From: Cyanobacteria bacterium P01_F01_bin.150 | Lineage (GTDB): Bacteria > Cyanobacteriota > Cyanobacteriia > CAKZMO01 | Length of the DNA stretch: 64,000 nt | Direction of reading: 5' to 3' | Assembly: GCA_039189765.1 (NCBI GenBank) | Contig: JBCCYL010000002.1 | Coordinates: forward strand, 32,001 to 96,000 | In this document: one piece after another, positions 40,687 to 50,095 of the stretch | Layout: each line of letters opens with the position of its first letter | Position numbering within the stretch: the stretch's first letter is position 1 | Program-made: the position numbers and the translations under genes | Notes under the pieces: generated by a model | What the model saw: the letters and a program-made list of their open reading frames with translations, nothing else | Told to the model about the DNA's origin: nothing | Databases searched by the model: none

Positions 40687-41763
40687 ATGGATATGGCAGC
40701 ACTGGGAACGTTGGTATTTGGACTAGTGCTGTTAGTAGCCGGAGCAGAAGTATTTGTTCGAGGGGCATCTCAACTGGCTGTATTGCTGGGTGTGGCACCT
40801 CTAATTATTGGATTAACTATTGTTGCCTACGGCACGAGTGCACCAGAAATGGCAGTGAGCCTTCAGTCAGGCTTTAACCCAAATGCAGTGGGCATTTCTA
40901 TTGGCAATGTAGTCGGCAGCAATATTTGCAATGTGTTGTTCATTCTGGGCACGTCAGCCATGATTGCCCCATTGATTGTAGCTCAGCAGCTAGTGAAGCT
41001 GGATGTGCCCATTATGATCGGAGTGTCTTTGCTGCTAGTCTTGCTAGCTCAAGATGGTAATTTAGGTCGCCTAGACGGAATGCTACTGCTTATCGGAGCG
41101 GTCATTTATACTGTCTTTTTGTTCTCCCAAGGACGAGAGGATGACGCAGAAGATTATGATCCTGAAGAAGCCCGTAAACAACGAAGTAGTATGGGTATTT
41201 GGGGACTGAACATTGCTCTTATTGCTTTAGGTGGAGCGATGCTGACATTCGGCTCCAGCTTTTTTGTCAATGGTGCAGTAAAGATTGCGCAGTATTTGGG
41301 TCTTAGCAATCTAATTATTGGCTTAACCATAGTTGCGCTAGGAACGTCTTTACCAGAGGCTGCTACTTCTGTTGTTGCCAGCATGAAAGGCGAACGAGAT
41401 ATTGCAGTAGGAAATGTGGTGGGCAGCAATATTTTCAATATTTTGGCGGTATTAGGTGTGGCGGGTATATTTTCTCCTACAGGAATTGAAGTTTCTGCCG
41501 CTGCCTTGAACTTTGATATCCCAGTGATGGTCGCGGTGGCGATCGCCTGTCTTCCCATTTTCTTTTCTGGCAACGTTATTTCCCGATGGGAAGGCATTGT
41601 ATTTCTTGCCTACTATATCGCCTACGTCGGATACGTTATCTTAGACGCCACTGAGCACGATAGTTTACCAATCTATAGTGGAGTCCTGGCAACGTTTGTC
41701 ATTCCCCTTACCGTTATCACATTGTTTATCATTGTAGCAAGGGAATTGCGTAAACAAGCATAG
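40687..41763 (+). CDS. Ca2+/Na+ antiporter (YrbG/CaCA family)
   Basis: Two alpha repeats GTSAPE / GTSLPE, each followed by GNVVGSNI. Confidence 0.92.
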   Translation: MDMAALGTLVFGLVLLVAGAEVFVRGASQLAVLLGVAPLIIGLTIVAYGTSAPEMAVSLQSGFNPNAVGISIGNVVGSNICNVLFILGTSAMIAPLIVAQQLVKLDVPIMIGVSLLLVLLAQDGNLGRLDGMLLLIGAVIYTVFLFSQGREDDAEDYDPEEARKQRSSMGIWGLNIALIALGGAMLTFGSSFFVNGAVKIAQYLGLSNLIIGLTIVALGTSLPEAATSVVASMKGERDIAVGNVVGSNIFNILAVLGVAGIFSPTGIEVSAAALNFDIPVMVAVAIACLPIFFSGNVISRWEGIVFLAYYIAYVGYVILDATEHDSLPIYSGVLATFVIPLTVITLFIIVARELRKQA

Positions 41764-41820
41764 GCGCTTAAAGGCAGAAGGCAGAAATCCAAAATCCAAA
41801 ATCTAAAATCCAAAATTCAA

Positions 41821-42489
41821 ATGTCTGCCCCACCAATTGACAAATTTAATAACCGTCGAGACGCTGGGCAACAATTGGCTTCCAGATTGAATAGTTATGG
41901 CGATTGCTCCGATGCTATTGTGTTGGCCTTGCCTCGGGGTGGAGTGCCGGTGGGATATGAAATTGCTATTGCGCTGCATATACCTCTAGATGTATGTCTG
42001 GTGCGTAAATTGGGAGTGCCTACCCAACCAGAATTGGCAATGGGAGCAATCGCACCGGGAAATATTTGTTTACTTAACCACGTCTTGATTCAAAAGCTGC
42101 GTATTTCGAGGGCGGCGATCGCTACCGTGCAGAAACAGGAAAAAGCTGAATTGGCAAGACGACAACAGGCTTATCGTTTACCCAATGTGCCGATGCCAAC
42201 CCTTGCTGGTAAAACGGTAATTCTCGTAGATGACGGTATTGCCACTGGCTCCACATTTCGGGCGGCGATCGCCACTGTTGAGCGTCACTCTCCCCGTCAA
42301 ATTATTGCAGCTATTCCTGTTGCTTCTCCCTCTGCATGTCAAGAGCTATCCGCACTGGTGGATCGAGTGGAGTGCTTAATTGAACCGCCCGATTTGATGG
42401 CCATTGGTCGTTGGTATAAGGATTTTTCCCAAACTAGTGATGATGAGGTGCGATCGCTTCTTCAGAGTGCTTGTGAGCAGGGGAGTTAG
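41821..42489 (+). CDS. Phosphoribosyltransferase family protein
   Basis: LALPRGGVPV, VILVDDGIATGST, WYKDFSQTSDDEV. Confidence 0.9.
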   Translation: MSAPPIDKFNNRRDAGQQLASRLNSYGDCSDAIVLALPRGGVPVGYEIAIALHIPLDVCLVRKLGVPTQPELAMGAIAPGNICLLNHVLIQKLRISRAAIATVQKQEKAELARRQQAYRLPNVPMPTLAGKTVILVDDGIATGSTFRAAIATVERHSPRQIIAAIPVASPSACQELSALVDRVECLIEPPDLMAIGRWYKDFSQTSDDEVRSLLQSACEQGS

Positions 42490-42534
42490 GGAGTTAGGGA
42501 GTTGGGGAGTTGGGGAGTTGGGGAGTTGGGGAGT
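42481..42534. repeat. 8-mer tandem repeat gggagtt(a/g)
   Basis: About six consecutive copies between convergent genes. Confidence 0.85.
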
Positions 42535-42555
42535 AAAAGGAGTGGGTGTGACGCT

Positions 42556-43071
42556 TTAGAGGAATTTGTCGTAGCAGTAGTAGGGTTTGTCTTTGCCATT
42601 GGCGATCATCTCTCCGGTTTTGATGTAGCCTTTGCGTTCCAGAAATTTCTGCATACGTTGGTTGGTGCTGTGGGTGTCCACTTTGATATAGGTGATGTTT
42701 TGAGCCTGGGCTAGCTGACAGGCAAAGCTTTCTAAAGCAGAGGCAACGCCTTGGTTGCGGTTGTGGATAGAGACGGCAAAGCGATGGATAACAAGAAAGG
42801 GGCGATCGCTCCGCCAGGCCATGGCATCGTATCCATCGGGTTCTTCGTTATCTACCACAATAAAGCCCATGGCATTAGACAAAGTACTCCCGTTCTTTTG
42901 ATCTTTGGCAATATACAGCGCTTGATTATCGACATCTTGGATAAAGCGATCGCGTTTAGGATAGGTCTCGTCCCACTGATTGTTGCCGTAAGTTTTCATT
43001 TCAGTGACGGTCTCTTGAACAATGGTTAATACAGCGTCAATGTCGGTGATAGTTCCTGGAAGAATATTCAT
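42556..43071 (-). CDS. GNAT family N-acetyltransferase
   Basis: QWDETYP, IHRFAVS...RNQGVAS, DTHSTN.RMQKF. Confidence 0.85.
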   Translation of the reverse strand: MNILPGTITDIDAVLTIVQETVTEMKTYGNNQWDETYPKRDRFIQDVDNQALYIAKDQKNGSTLSNAMGFIVVDNEEPDGYDAMAWRSDRPFLVIHRFAVSIHNRNQGVASALESFACQLAQAQNITYIKVDTHSTNQRMQKFLERKGYIKTGEMIANGKDKPYYCYDKFL

Positions 43072-43208
43072 AGGGGTGCTAAGTATTTTGACTTAGGATA
43101 TGGTGGAGTGATTTATCGATAGATAGCATCAGGTGCTGCACTGAATTTCTGCGCTGGATTTCTGCGCCGATTTAATACCAACGTTAGGAGCATGAAGAGG
43201 GCACTATT

Positions 43209-44189
43209 ATGAACCGACCAAATTTTATAATTATCGGGGCTGCGAAGGGTGGAACCACGGCTTTACATAATTATTTGGGACAACATCCTGATATTTTTGT
43301 TACCCGTAAGAAGGAGCCAAAATTCTTTACCTTTTACGGTGATGGTGTTCAAAATGCCTCAATATCAGATCCGCGATTTGATGAAGAAGGTCGGCGGCGC
43401 TATGAGTACACTAAAGCCGGGTCGATTTGTGATTTAGACTCCTACCACGCTCTATTTGATGAGGCAAATGGAGCGAAGGCGATTGGTGAGTCGTCTCCCA
43501 TGTATTTGTATTGTCCAAACAGTGCTCAGCGCATTCAAACCTATGATCCAACACTAAAGCTAATCGCGATTCTAAGAAATCCAGTGGATCGGGCTTTTTC
43601 CCACTATATGCAGTACAGCATTCAGGTGCAGGGAGATGAATACTTACCCACGTTTGAAAAGGCGATCGCCGCTGAACCCATCGACAATCCTAGTATTTGG
43701 TACGGGTTGCGTCACTACGTACGGCTGGGCTTTTACCATGCCCAGCTAAAGCGCTACTTCGATCGCTTTGATTCAAGGCAGATTCAGGTCCATCTGTATG
43801 AGGATTTTAAGCAAAATCCCCAGCAGCTTTTTGGCGATATTTTTCGGTTTCTAAATGTGAATGATGAATTTAAAGTAAATACGTCCACGGCCTATAATGT
43901 GGGGTCTGCGCCTAAAAATCAGTTTATCCATCGCTCCTTGGGGTGGATAAATACAATGGCAAATACGGATAATCAAGCCATCAAAACGCTAAAGTCTAGT
44001 ATTCCCCAGCCGCTCTACCGAGGAATTTCGGCAACAATTCAACGAGTAAAAAAGCAAAATATTACGGAAAAGCCTACGTCCTGTGGGGTTGAAACGCGAC
44101 AGCAGCTCCTAGATATTTATGGGGATGATATTCGAGCACTGCAGGATTTAATCGGCAGAGATTTATCCCACTGGCTAAATCCTGAGTGA
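43209..44189 (+). CDS. Sulfotransferase
   Basis: PNFIIIGAAKGGTTAL (PAPS loop), GESSPMY, ILRNPVDRAFSHY. Confidence 0.9.
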   Translation: MNRPNFIIIGAAKGGTTALHNYLGQHPDIFVTRKKEPKFFTFYGDGVQNASISDPRFDEEGRRRYEYTKAGSICDLDSYHALFDEANGAKAIGESSPMYLYCPNSAQRIQTYDPTLKLIAILRNPVDRAFSHYMQYSIQVQGDEYLPTFEKAIAAEPIDNPSIWYGLRHYVRLGFYHAQLKRYFDRFDSRQIQVHLYEDFKQNPQQLFGDIFRFLNVNDEFKVNTSTAYNVGSAPKNQFIHRSLGWINTMANTDNQAIKTLKSSIPQPLYRGISATIQRVKKQNITEKPTSCGVETRQQLLDIYGDDIRALQDLIGRDLSHWLNPE

Positions 44190-44202
44190 TAACTTTGGCA
44201 AA

Positions 44203-44793
44203 TTAAGGTGCTTTGTCGATGACGGACAAAGCACTGGTGATAATAGACTCCAAACGCTGAGGACACGGGTCCACTTTCGCCATCACCCTTATTCCCTGCA
44301 TCGTACAGGTTAAAAACGTGGCAAGGGCATCAACATCGGCATCAGGGGCGATATCGCCCAGGCGTTGAGCATTACGTAGCGCATGGGCAAAGGCGTGCTC
44401 GACTCGCTTCAGGCTCTTCTGTATACAGGTTGAGGCTTCCTCATCGTGACTACAAAGCTCAACTGCGACATTCGTGACAAAACAACCCCATTGGGACCGT
44501 TCGTTTTCTACTCGATCCAATAGGGTTTGAAAATGATTAATAATATCGGCTTTACCCGCGTCAGGCGCTTCAAGTTTGGCGATCGCCTCCTGCATCACCC
44601 GCCGTTCGTAATGGGCAATGGCTTCAAGAAAAAGCGATCGCTTATCGCCAAAGGTATCGTATAGGCTCCCCCGATTTAACCCCATGGCGTTTAATAAGGT
44701 CTGGACGGATGTTCCTTCATAGCCATACTGCCAGAAGGTTTCCATTGCCTTTTCCAATACTAATTGTCGATCAAACTCCTTTTGCCGTGCCAT
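44203..44793 (-). CDS. TetR/AcrR family regulator (NemR-like)
   Basis: MARQKEFD...FWQYGYEGTS...GSLYDTFGDKRSLF; GCFVTN. Confidence 0.92.
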   Translation of the reverse strand: MARQKEFDRQLVLEKAMETFWQYGYEGTSVQTLLNAMGLNRGSLYDTFGDKRSLFLEAIAHYERRVMQEAIAKLEAPDAGKADIINHFQTLLDRVENERSQWGCFVTNVAVELCSHDEEASTCIQKSLKRVEHAFAHALRNAQRLGDIAPDADVDALATFLTCTMQGIRVMAKVDPCPQRLESIITSALSVIDKAP

Positions 44794-44965
44794 CGAATAT
44801 TTTGCAGAGCGCTCCTAAACATTGCCACCTTTCATCTTAATCTAGGGTGCATGACAACGCACCGATTCTAGAAGTTGCCACTAATGTAAGCGGTGCGTTG
44901 TTTACCATGCCCGATGGGGAAAAGCTCCATAGAATCTTCTCCCCATATATTTCATCCCAACCTCC

Positions 44966-45031
44966 AACGTGTTGTGTCGGCTCCGCCGACACAACACGTT
45001 CAAAATCTAAGAAACACGTTGTGTTTCTTAG
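44966..45031. other. Two adjacent perfect hairpins (16-bp and 11-bp stems)
   Basis: aacgtgttgtgtcggc-tcc-gccgacacaacacgtt and ctaagaaacac-gtt-gtgtttcttag. Confidence 0.7.
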
Positions 45032-45036
45032 GAGTG

Positions 45037-45384
45037 CTAGGCTGCGATCGCAGGTACGATATCCAACATTTGTAGACGCTTAAGAATGGTGGCCTTAGTT
45101 GCCAAGCCCGGCATCCGTTCCACTATCTCACCGTCTCTAAAGACGAGCAGAGTTGGAATAGAGGTGATGTTGTATTGGGAAGCGATCGCCTCTTCATCAC
45201 CCACGTTGACTTTACCGATCTTAACCACGTCGCTATACTCTTGAGCCAGATCCGCGATCACAGGATTCATTACGCGGCAAGGAGCACACCACGGTGCCCA
45301 AAAATCAACAACAACCGGAATCGAACTATCGAGGACTTCTGCGGCAAATGTGTCTGCGGTAATCGCAATAGGTTGAGTCGTCAT
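45037..45384 (-). CDS. Thioredoxin (WCAPC)
   Basis: VVVDFWAPWCAPCR, ITSIPTL; GGAG upstream of ATG 45384. Confidence 0.92.
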   Translation of the reverse strand: MTTQPIAITADTFAAEVLDSSIPVVVDFWAPWCAPCRVMNPVIADLAQEYSDVVKIGKVNVGDEEAIASQYNITSIPTLLVFRDGEIVERMPGLATKATILKRLQMLDIVPAIAA

Positions 45385-45444
45385 AATGTTGTCTCCAAGT
45401 GTGTGCAAAACTCAGGGATATTTCCTTACTTGCCCTATATTTTT

Positions 45445-46116
45445 CTACGAGGCCAATGCCTTGAGGGCATCAACAATTTTGCTGGGGTCAAGACGCTGAG
45501 TGTAGTCTGGGTCGACAAATGCAAAGGCAACAGTGCCATCAGCAGCAATCACATAGGTCGCCGGAATCGGCAGCTCAAATGTGGTATCGCCATTATGGGC
45601 TGGAATATCAATGCCAAACTGACTGTAGATGGGACGCAGCTCCTCTGGCAGAGTAAACGCAAGGCCCAAGGCTTTGGCAACTTGATTGCCCACGTCGCTA
45701 AGAACTTCAAACTCCAGCTCGTTCTTCTCGGCAGTAGACAAAGAGGCATCTGGCGTTTCAGGAGAAATGGCAACCAAATTGGCTCCCAAGCCTTTAATTT
45801 CAGGCAGCTTATTCTGAAGCGCCTTTAGCTCCAAATTACAGTACGGACACCAGCCACCTCTGTAAAACGAAATAACCACGGGACCGGCTTGGAGCAGATC
45901 GCGGATGGCAACAATTTGTCCGGTGGCGTTAGGGAGCTGGATATCCGGCAGCGTTTCGCCTTCCTTTAACGTTCGATCGGCAATACCAGAATCAATCAAA
46001 TTTTGGGTAGCAGTGGCCATGGTGGCTTTGATGGGGTCTGCCACTTTCTGGCGAAATTGAGCTTTGTATTGGGCGATCGCGTCAGTCAATGATGTTGCAG
46101 TAGCAGGCATGGTCAT
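45445..46116 (-). CDS. AhpC/TSA-family peroxiredoxin-like redoxin
   Basis: FYRGGWCPYCNLEL, LPIPATYVI; start uncertain (46110-46140). Confidence 0.88.
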   Translation of the reverse strand: MTMPATATSLTDAIAQYKAQFRQKVADPIKATMATATQNLIDSGIADRTLKEGETLPDIQLPNATGQIVAIRDLLQAGPVVISFYRGGWCPYCNLELKALQNKLPEIKGLGANLVAISPETPDASLSTAEKNELEFEVLSDVGNQVAKALGLAFTLPEELRPIYSQFGIDIPAHNGDTTFELPIPATYVIAADGTVAFAFVDPDYTQRLDPSKIVDALKALAS

Positions 46117-46128
46117 CAGTTCCTTTTT

Positions 46129-46216
46129 TTGAACAATCATTCCAGATTAGGAATTAAAAAACGGCGTTGTGTTCGCCTTGTTTGTCAGTATAACGCATTC
46201 TGGAACGATTGGTCAA
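46129..46216. promoter_or_regulatory. Candidate TetR operator pair
   Basis: ttgaacaatcattccaga (46129-46146) and tctggaacgattggtcaa (46199-46216) are inverted 18-bp copies with 2 mismatches, each quasi-palindromic. Confidence 0.55.
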
Positions 46217-46352
46217 TTATTGTTTGAACTGTCTTGGATCTGATGGGAAGGCAGGTTTTGGGCACTGCACTTTTGACGCAATCTGTTAATTGCGTTTAAT
46301 GTAGAGCCAAGAATAGGATTGATTAACCAAGTGTTGTCCCCATGTAGGAGCG

Positions 46353-47123
46353 TTGCCGTTGCCATTTACGCCTTCTCATATTGTTGCGGTATTGCCGCTG
46401 GTCAAATTGTCCCGCTATGCGCCATTTTCAGCTTTTGCGATCGCCTCCATGGTGCCTGATATTCCCCTATTTGTGCCCATTTTCAACTACTCTCTGACCC
46501 ACTCTATTTCTGGTCTTTTCGCGTTCTGTTTGCCGATGGGCCTGACTGCTTTCGTCATCTTTGAGTCTCTATTAAAGCAGCCGATTATTGCCCTGCTGCC
46601 ACCAACTTACAGGCTGCAATCAACTGACGAGGCCTGGGACTGGCGCAATATTACGCCTCAATCGGTGCTCCTGTTAATGGCAGCTCTTGTTGTGGGAGCT
46701 TCCACCCATGTATTTTGGGATTCATTTACCCATGAGGGACAGTGGGGGGTTCAACAGATTCCAACCTTGGCCCAGAGTTACTCTATTTTTGGAACCTCTT
46801 TGGCAGGTTACAAGATTTTTCAGTACAGCAGCTCTCTACTGGGGATACCCATACTGGCGCTGGCGTTTGCCTTCTCCATCAAACGCGTCGATCGGCGTTT
46901 TCGTGCGTCCGATCGGTTGCGCCCCGGTGTTCGCCCATGGGTATGGGGACTATTGGTCGCAGGGCCAATTGCGGTAAGTGCGATCGCCTTTCGCGTTTCC
47001 TCCTCATTGTCCCAGGCTGTCTTTCTAAGTTTGACGCGCTCCATTACGGCTGCGGTAGGGGCGATCGCAGTGTATGCTCTGCTCTACCAGACTGGAGTAA
47101 TAACCTGTCCTACGGAGAGGTAG
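46353..47123 (+). CDS. DUF4184 family membrane protein
   Basis: PFTPSH...SMVPD...THVFWDSFTH..G.GV. Confidence 0.8.
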   Translation: MPLPFTPSHIVAVLPLVKLSRYAPFSAFAIASMVPDIPLFVPIFNYSLTHSISGLFAFCLPMGLTAFVIFESLLKQPIIALLPPTYRLQSTDEAWDWRNITPQSVLLLMAALVVGASTHVFWDSFTHEGQWGVQQIPTLAQSYSIFGTSLAGYKIFQYSSSLLGIPILALAFAFSIKRVDRRFRASDRLRPGVRPWVWGLLVAGPIAVSAIAFRVSSSLSQAVFLSLTRSITAAVGAIAVYALLYQTGVITCPTER

Positions 47124-47154
47124 AGAAAACTTTAAGAAGCCAACTACAATTGGA

Positions 47155-47772
47155 ATGAGCAATAGTCGGGAGGAGAATCCGATGGTTAGCGTCACAGCGC
47201 GCTCGATGTCGTTTGAGGACTATCTGACCTATGAGGATAAAACAGATAACCGCTATGAATGGATTGATGGAGTATTGGTTCAAATGCCGCCAGAGTCGGA
47301 ACCGAATGCATGGCTTGCGTTAGCTCTACAGCTTTACTTTATCAATACGGGTTTGGTAAAACCTCGTTTAACCCATCGTTACAACTGCGAGATCGAAGTG
47401 CCTACGTTTAAGACCCAACAGCCGCGTAACCGCTTTCCCGATTTTGTGATTTTGCAGCCAGAACATATTGCGCTGACCCAAAAGCGATTGACCATTCGTA
47501 TGGAGATGCCACCACCACTCTTTGTGATGGAAGTGGTCAGCCCTGGTTCCAGCAATCGAGCGCGAGATTATAAGGATAAACGCCAGCAGTATGAGGCACT
47601 GGGGATTCCAGAATATTGGCTCCTTGATCCTGAACAGCAACAAGTTACAGTGTTGTCCCTTGAAGATAATGGATACAGAGAAAGATGCTTCAAAGGTAAT
47701 CAAATTATCCGATCGCCACTCTTTCCCGCATTTTCTCTAACCGCACAACAAGTCCTCAATCCGCCGGAGTAA
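47155..47772 (+). CDS. Uma2 family PD-(D/E)xK endonuclease-like protein
   Basis: RYEWIDG, RFPDFV, MEVVSPG, DYKDKRQQYEALGIPEYWLLDP. Confidence 0.9.
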   Translation: MSNSREENPMVSVTARSMSFEDYLTYEDKTDNRYEWIDGVLVQMPPESEPNAWLALALQLYFINTGLVKPRLTHRYNCEIEVPTFKTQQPRNRFPDFVILQPEHIALTQKRLTIRMEMPPPLFVMEVVSPGSSNRARDYKDKRQQYEALGIPEYWLLDPEQQQVTVLSLEDNGYRERCFKGNQIIRSPLFPAFSLTAQQVLNPPE

Positions 47773-47883
47773 CTGGCATTTAATATCCGTCAAAGCGTTT
47801 ACTGCCGTTGGGTTTCATTGCTTCAACCCAACCTACGCTATCGACAAACTAATAGTGCCTACCTAATGATATCTCTCGAAAAT

Positions 47884-48495
47884 TTAACTAAATTCAGCAA
47901 TTAAGCGATCTACTTCAATTTTTAAGCCTGGCATTGTGGATAGGGCGATCGCATCCCCTTCTCCATACTCTGTACGAATATAGCTGCCATCCTCAGCACG
48001 GCTTCTGACAATAATGGATTTATTCTGCCGATCGATGGACATATACTCACCCACTCCCCGGTGCCAATATTCTGCGTCTTTATCTTCTAAATCGGTTTTG
48101 ACGGATGAGGGAGAGAGGACTTCTACCACCAAAATAGGGGCTGGCATATCCCAGGTAATCGTATCCAGATTATCGGCACTAAGCTGCATTGCTGTATCGT
48201 AGGAAATCACGAGTAAGTCTGGAATTCGCCCTCGATGTTTACTGTGGCGGACTTCGACCTCTAATTTGCCTCCGAGACAGAGCCACTGCTCACCATTCTC
48301 GGAAATCCAAGCATCTATTAAATCCATCAGACGCTCGGCAATAAGGGAATGCAAAAAGCCTTCTTTACCTACGGTTACTACCTCGCCATCTTCCCATCGA
48401 AAGTTGTGCCATGGAATTTGACTGCGATCGTAACGTCGTAGTCTGTAGTCGTCCCATGACATCAATATTGTGGTGGGCCGAGTAGAAATATTCAT
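47884..48495 (-). CDS. Uma2 family endonuclease-like protein
   Basis: RIPDLLV, VVEVLSPS, DKDAEYWHRGVGEY. Confidence 0.85.
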   Translation of the reverse strand: MNISTRPTTILMSWDDYRLRRYDRSQIPWHNFRWEDGEVVTVGKEGFLHSLIAERLMDLIDAWISENGEQWLCLGGKLEVEVRHSKHRGRIPDLLVISYDTAMQLSADNLDTITWDMPAPILVVEVLSPSSVKTDLEDKDAEYWHRGVGEYMSIDRQNKSIIVRSRAEDGSYIRTEYGEGDAIALSTMPGLKIEVDRLIAEFS

Positions 48496-48789
48496 AGTTA
48501 AAACGTACTATATTTGCTTGAAAGCTTTCGTCTGTATCCCAATAAGAGACTGGGCTTGATATATAGAGACGACTTATTACAGAGATGCTTTTGCTAGAGG
48601 GTTTTTGGGTTTTTGTGGAAATCTTAATTTTTTTTAGAGAATTTTGGAAGAGTAAGAAAAGCAATCGCTACACTTAATGGTGCGCTGGTGATATGGAATA
48701 ACGGTTCTCCGTTTGCTCAGTTATATTCTGCTGACGAATTTGTTATGTATCTGGCATCCACCTGTAACCTATTATCTGTTTGAACCCCT

Positions 48790-50091
48790 ATGACTGATAT
48801 TAAATTTTGGAAACCCGCTTATCAGCTCTTTAAGCACGACGTTCCTCTGATGGATGAGGACTTAAAGAACTTTTATGTACGGCGTGATGATAGCCCGGTG
48901 GACAGTTTGGTCACAACCCTCACGATGGAGGATCAGCCTGCCAAATTTTTACTGTCTGGGCATCGAGGCGGCGGCAAAACTACAGAGCTAAAACGATTAG
49001 AGGCTCAATCTTTGGCTGACTACACCGTGGTTTGGGTGGATACGGAGCTATCTCTAGAGCAGTTTAATATTGGCTATGCCGAAGTTATTATCCTGATTGG
49101 CAAAACGATTGTGGAGCGCCTGGCAGAGGTGGGCTGGAAGCTACCGCGCAAGTTGGAGCAGGGACTGTTGGAAAGTTTAGCCAAAGTCACCTATGAGGAT
49201 AAGTTAATCGGGGGCGGCAAGATTGAGTTGCCCAAGCTGTTTACTGATTTGGGGCTATTGCTAAGGGTGGGGTTCGATCGCACGACTACCAGGGTACGGG
49301 AAGTGCGTCCGGCGTTGAGTGATATTGTTAATCGGGTCAATACCATTATTGAGATTGCCGAAGCTGATACGGGAACAAAGCTGTTGGTGATGGTGGATGG
49401 ACTCGATCGCAAGGAGCGTGAGGTGGCTCTGGAAATGTTTTCCAGTTCACTGTTGACCAGTCTAAGCTGCCATATTGTCTATGTTGTGCCTATTTCCCTG
49501 CGCTATTCCACTGCGTTTCAGCAGCCGATGGAGAATTTTAGTGCTTGTTTAGATTTGGACAATATTCCAGTGTTTAAGTGTAATGACCAGCGGCAGCCAA
49601 CGGTGGAAGAAGACAGGGTAGGACGGCATATTCTTAAAAGCGTTATTGCAAAGCGATTAGGAACGTTGGGAGATGCATACAAGGATTTGTTTGCGGCGGA
49701 TGCGCTGGAGCTGATGTGTGAAAAAAGTGGCGGGGTGATGCGGGATTTGGTGCGGTTGGCAAGAATGGCATGTACGGTGGCATCCAAGAAACGGGCTAGC
49801 AAAATTGATGTCGCTATTGTCAAAGACGCGATTCGAGAGGTGCGTCGGATCTATTCGATTGAGGATTACCATTTTCCCGAATTGGTGCTTGTTCATCGGA
49901 CGGGGAAGCGCAGTAGTAATACGTTTGATGTACCCAGCAAGGGAACAATTGTGATTTGCGATGAACTATTGCACCATAGGCTTATCCTTGGATATCGCGA
50001 TCCGGATCGAGGCCGATGGTTCGATGTGCATCCGATTTTGATGGATGATCTCAATCGTTGGCAAGCGGCAAACCCTTCACCCCTTCCGTAG
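48790..50091 (+). CDS. P-loop ATPase (AAA/STAND-like)
   Basis: Walker A GHRGGGKT, Walker B VMVDGLD, SGGVMRDLVRL, WFDVHP. Confidence 0.85.
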   Translation: MTDIKFWKPAYQLFKHDVPLMDEDLKNFYVRRDDSPVDSLVTTLTMEDQPAKFLLSGHRGGGKTTELKRLEAQSLADYTVVWVDTELSLEQFNIGYAEVIILIGKTIVERLAEVGWKLPRKLEQGLLESLAKVTYEDKLIGGGKIELPKLFTDLGLLLRVGFDRTTTRVREVRPALSDIVNRVNTIIEIAEADTGTKLLVMVDGLDRKEREVALEMFSSSLLTSLSCHIVYVVPISLRYSTAFQQPMENFSACLDLDNIPVFKCNDQRQPTVEEDRVGRHILKSVIAKRLGTLGDAYKDLFAADALELMCEKSGGVMRDLVRLARMACTVASKKRASKIDVAIVKDAIREVRRIYSIEDYHFPELVLVHRTGKRSSNTFDVPSKGTIVICDELLHHRLILGYRDPDRGRWFDVHPILMDDLNRWQAANPSPLP

Positions 50092-50095
50092 ACCT

